Assembly (NCBI RefSeq): GCF_009914755.1
Contig: NC_060927.1
Strand: one strand, 5' to 3'
From: the human T2T-CHM13v2.0 reference genome, Homo sapiens
Length of the DNA: 64,000 bases
The notes under the pieces are model-generated. The model saw only the letters and a list, made by a program, of their open reading frames with translations, did not search any database and had not been told where the DNA came from. The position numbers were made by a program, and so were the translations under genes. Below are positions 61,826 through 64,000 of this stretch, one piece after another; position 1 is the first letter of the stretch, and the number at the start of each line of letters is the position of its first letter.

Positions 61826-62924
61826 AATTTCAGAATCTGCGGTCAGACTACTTGCATTCGTAGGTCTGATGGGCTTCTGCTTGTAGGTTGAAAGACTCAG
61901 GGTAGCTTACTTTAACACCACTGGCCTCAGTTTTCAAATCTGTATAATTTTCTAGTCTGTGTAATTTCTCTCCCTTTATTTATTATTTTTTGGAATTACC
62001 TAAGGAGCTATAATGATACTTGGTGCCTACGTCCTATCTCCAGAGATTCTGATTTAATTCAGTCTGGTTTGCAGCCTGGGCTCTTCAGGTAATTTTAATT
62101 TAACCCAGCCAAGGTTAGCAACCACTGTGATCTGCTCAATTCAGACAACATTGCTCAATTTTTAGTCTCAAAGCCAGCTTCTTTTCAATATTCTTGGTGA
62201 GGTTTTGTGAGAAAGGCTGTCAATGCCCTTCAGCCAAATGTTACCAGAAATACATCTGTAGTTAACAAGTTTTGTTTGTTATTTATTTGTTGCGGTGAAG
62301 GAGATGACTCACCATGGGAAACCATGGGGTATATCAGCAAAAGAGTGTTAGAAATAACCTATTAGAGGATCTGCGCTTTGTCTGGGTAATTTTGGAAAAG
62401 GTCTATGGAAGTGAGGGTTCACTTTAGGTAAGGTGCTGTCAGAAAGTGAGGACAATTCCGTGATTGAGTATTCAATAAAACTTTACTATAAGGAGGGTAG
62501 ACTAGAGCTAAGATACAGCTGTGATGGGCACAGAAGCAGCAGTCACTCATTTTAGCTGAGACTGAGGGTGTTTGGTGTTGTATAGGTTGCACAACAACCT
62601 TTGTGTCTCATTTTGCTAAGGTTTGAAGTGACTTTGTCTGATGTTGATGTTCTGTGGGATCATTTATGTCAAAGAGGAGAACAACATTGGCGCAGCTGTG
62701 AGCCTAAGGCCAGCCTGGAGCAACATACTGAGTCCTATCTCTGAGTATTAGATCACTTCCTGGATTTGGGGGTTGTTTTGGGTTTTGTGTTTGGTTCTTT
62801 TCCTCAAAGGATTTCTAAATTTTTTAATGTTACCTAAACATATCAAGAACTGTAGGTAGACCTGAAGATCTCGAATGTAATATAAGTGACAGAGAAGAGT
62901 GAGCTCAGCTATGTCTCTTAACAG

Positions 62925-63097
62925 ACATTCTCAACCTTGGCCACACATGGAATCACGTGGCAAGTTTTAGAAAATACTGATGTCTTGGTGCCCACCCTCC
63001 AAGGTTAATTTAATTCTTCTGGGGTGCAGCTTGAGTACTGGGAACTCTAAAAGCTTTCCAGTGATTCTAATGAGCAACTGGTGTTTAGAAACACTGC
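62925..63097. mobile_element. MER5-like hAT element
   Basis: ttctcaaccttggccacacatggaatcacgtgg...gtgattctaatg...agaaacactg. Confidence 0.7.
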
Positions 63098-63454
63098 TCC
63101 AGGGGAAGCCCCTGCCATTAGGAAAGAACATTTTGGTCAATTAGTAATATTTGCTCTTAACATCAAACTATTGAGAAAAATATTGTCAATGTCACCTCTT
63201 AACTTGCCCACTCTTATGCCAAGACTAAGCATCCTCGAGTATACAGGCTAGACGAAATAAGGAAAATTATTTTCTGTACCACAGTTACACATTCCTACAT
63301 GCTTTCTGAATTTAATATAGTTAAGAAGTCTATTGTTTTCCAAACTAAGAATACATGTTCCCATGAGCATTTTTATCATTTCTAAAATTATTTAAAAATT
63401 GTAATAAGTGTTTACACATTCAATTATAATAAATTTTTTTTTCAGAAAATAATA

Positions 63455-64000
63455 AAATTGTGCTGTGGTCTGAGAGAGTGGTTATTGTGATTTCAGTTCT
63501 TTTGCATTTGCTGACAAGTGTTCTTTGTTTGACCGTATGGTTGATTTTAGAGTATGTGTCACGTGGCAATGAGAAGAATGTATACTCTTTTGTTTTTGGG
63601 TGAAGAGGTCTGTAGAAGTCTACAGGTTCATTTGAGCCTGCTGAGTTTAGGTCCTGAATATGTTTGTTAATTTTCTGCCTTGATGATCTGTCTAAAACTG
63701 TCAGTGGGATGTTGAAGTCTCCCACTATTATTATGTGGGAGTGTCAGTCTCTTTGAAAGTCTCTAAGAACTTGCTTTATGAATCTGGGTGCTCCTGTGTT
63801 GAGTGGATATATATTTAGTTAGGTATTGTTAAATTGAACCCTTTACCATTATGTTATTACCTTCTTTTCCTTCTTTTTTTTTTTTTTTGATCTTTGTTGG
63901 CTTAAAGTCTGTTTTGTCTGAAATCAGGATTGCAACCCTTGCTTTTTTCTGTTTTACATTGGCTTGGTAGTTTTTCTCCATCCATTTCTTTCGATCTTGC
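63455..64000 (-). mobile_element. L1 ORF2 endonuclease region, runs off the window
   Basis: ORF 63420..63725 MGDFNIPLTVLDRSSRQKINK...SDHS. Confidence 0.9.

Overview
Primate, most likely human, genomic DNA. The minus strand carries the 5' half of SLC9C1 (sNHE/SLC9A10, sperm Na+/H+ exchanger). Twelve coding exons were read from 59851 down to 4439, all with GT-AG junctions and consistent phases. They give 1572 nt / 524 codons, MAGIFKEFFFSTEDLPEV...RRLLSAQI. The gene continues left of the window, and the non-coding first exon was not found. Introns are mostly transposon debris: a full-length L1PA with TSD, a deeply nested L1/MST/Alu block, Hsmar2, Tigger, MLT, MER5, MIR, L2 and about 13 Alus. Nearly all ORFs in the supplied track are L1/Alu fragments or noise. 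Main observation: a strong-Kozak upstream ATG (59910) opens an overlapping out-of-frame ORF (MDDHMEIASNINLHKNFSETWLEYLRSFF...) that looks like the ancestral N-terminus. One extra T in a T8 run, which is also a U_UUU_UUU -1 slippery site, would fuse it to the main frame. Also notable: a ~2 kb non-repeat retrocopy with a 14-bp TSD, loss of the NHE 'ND' ion-binding motif, inverted Alu pairs around two exons, and a CpG-retaining patch in intron 2. Repeat subfamily names and orthologue comparisons come from memory, not searches. Repeat boundaries without a TSD are approximate.
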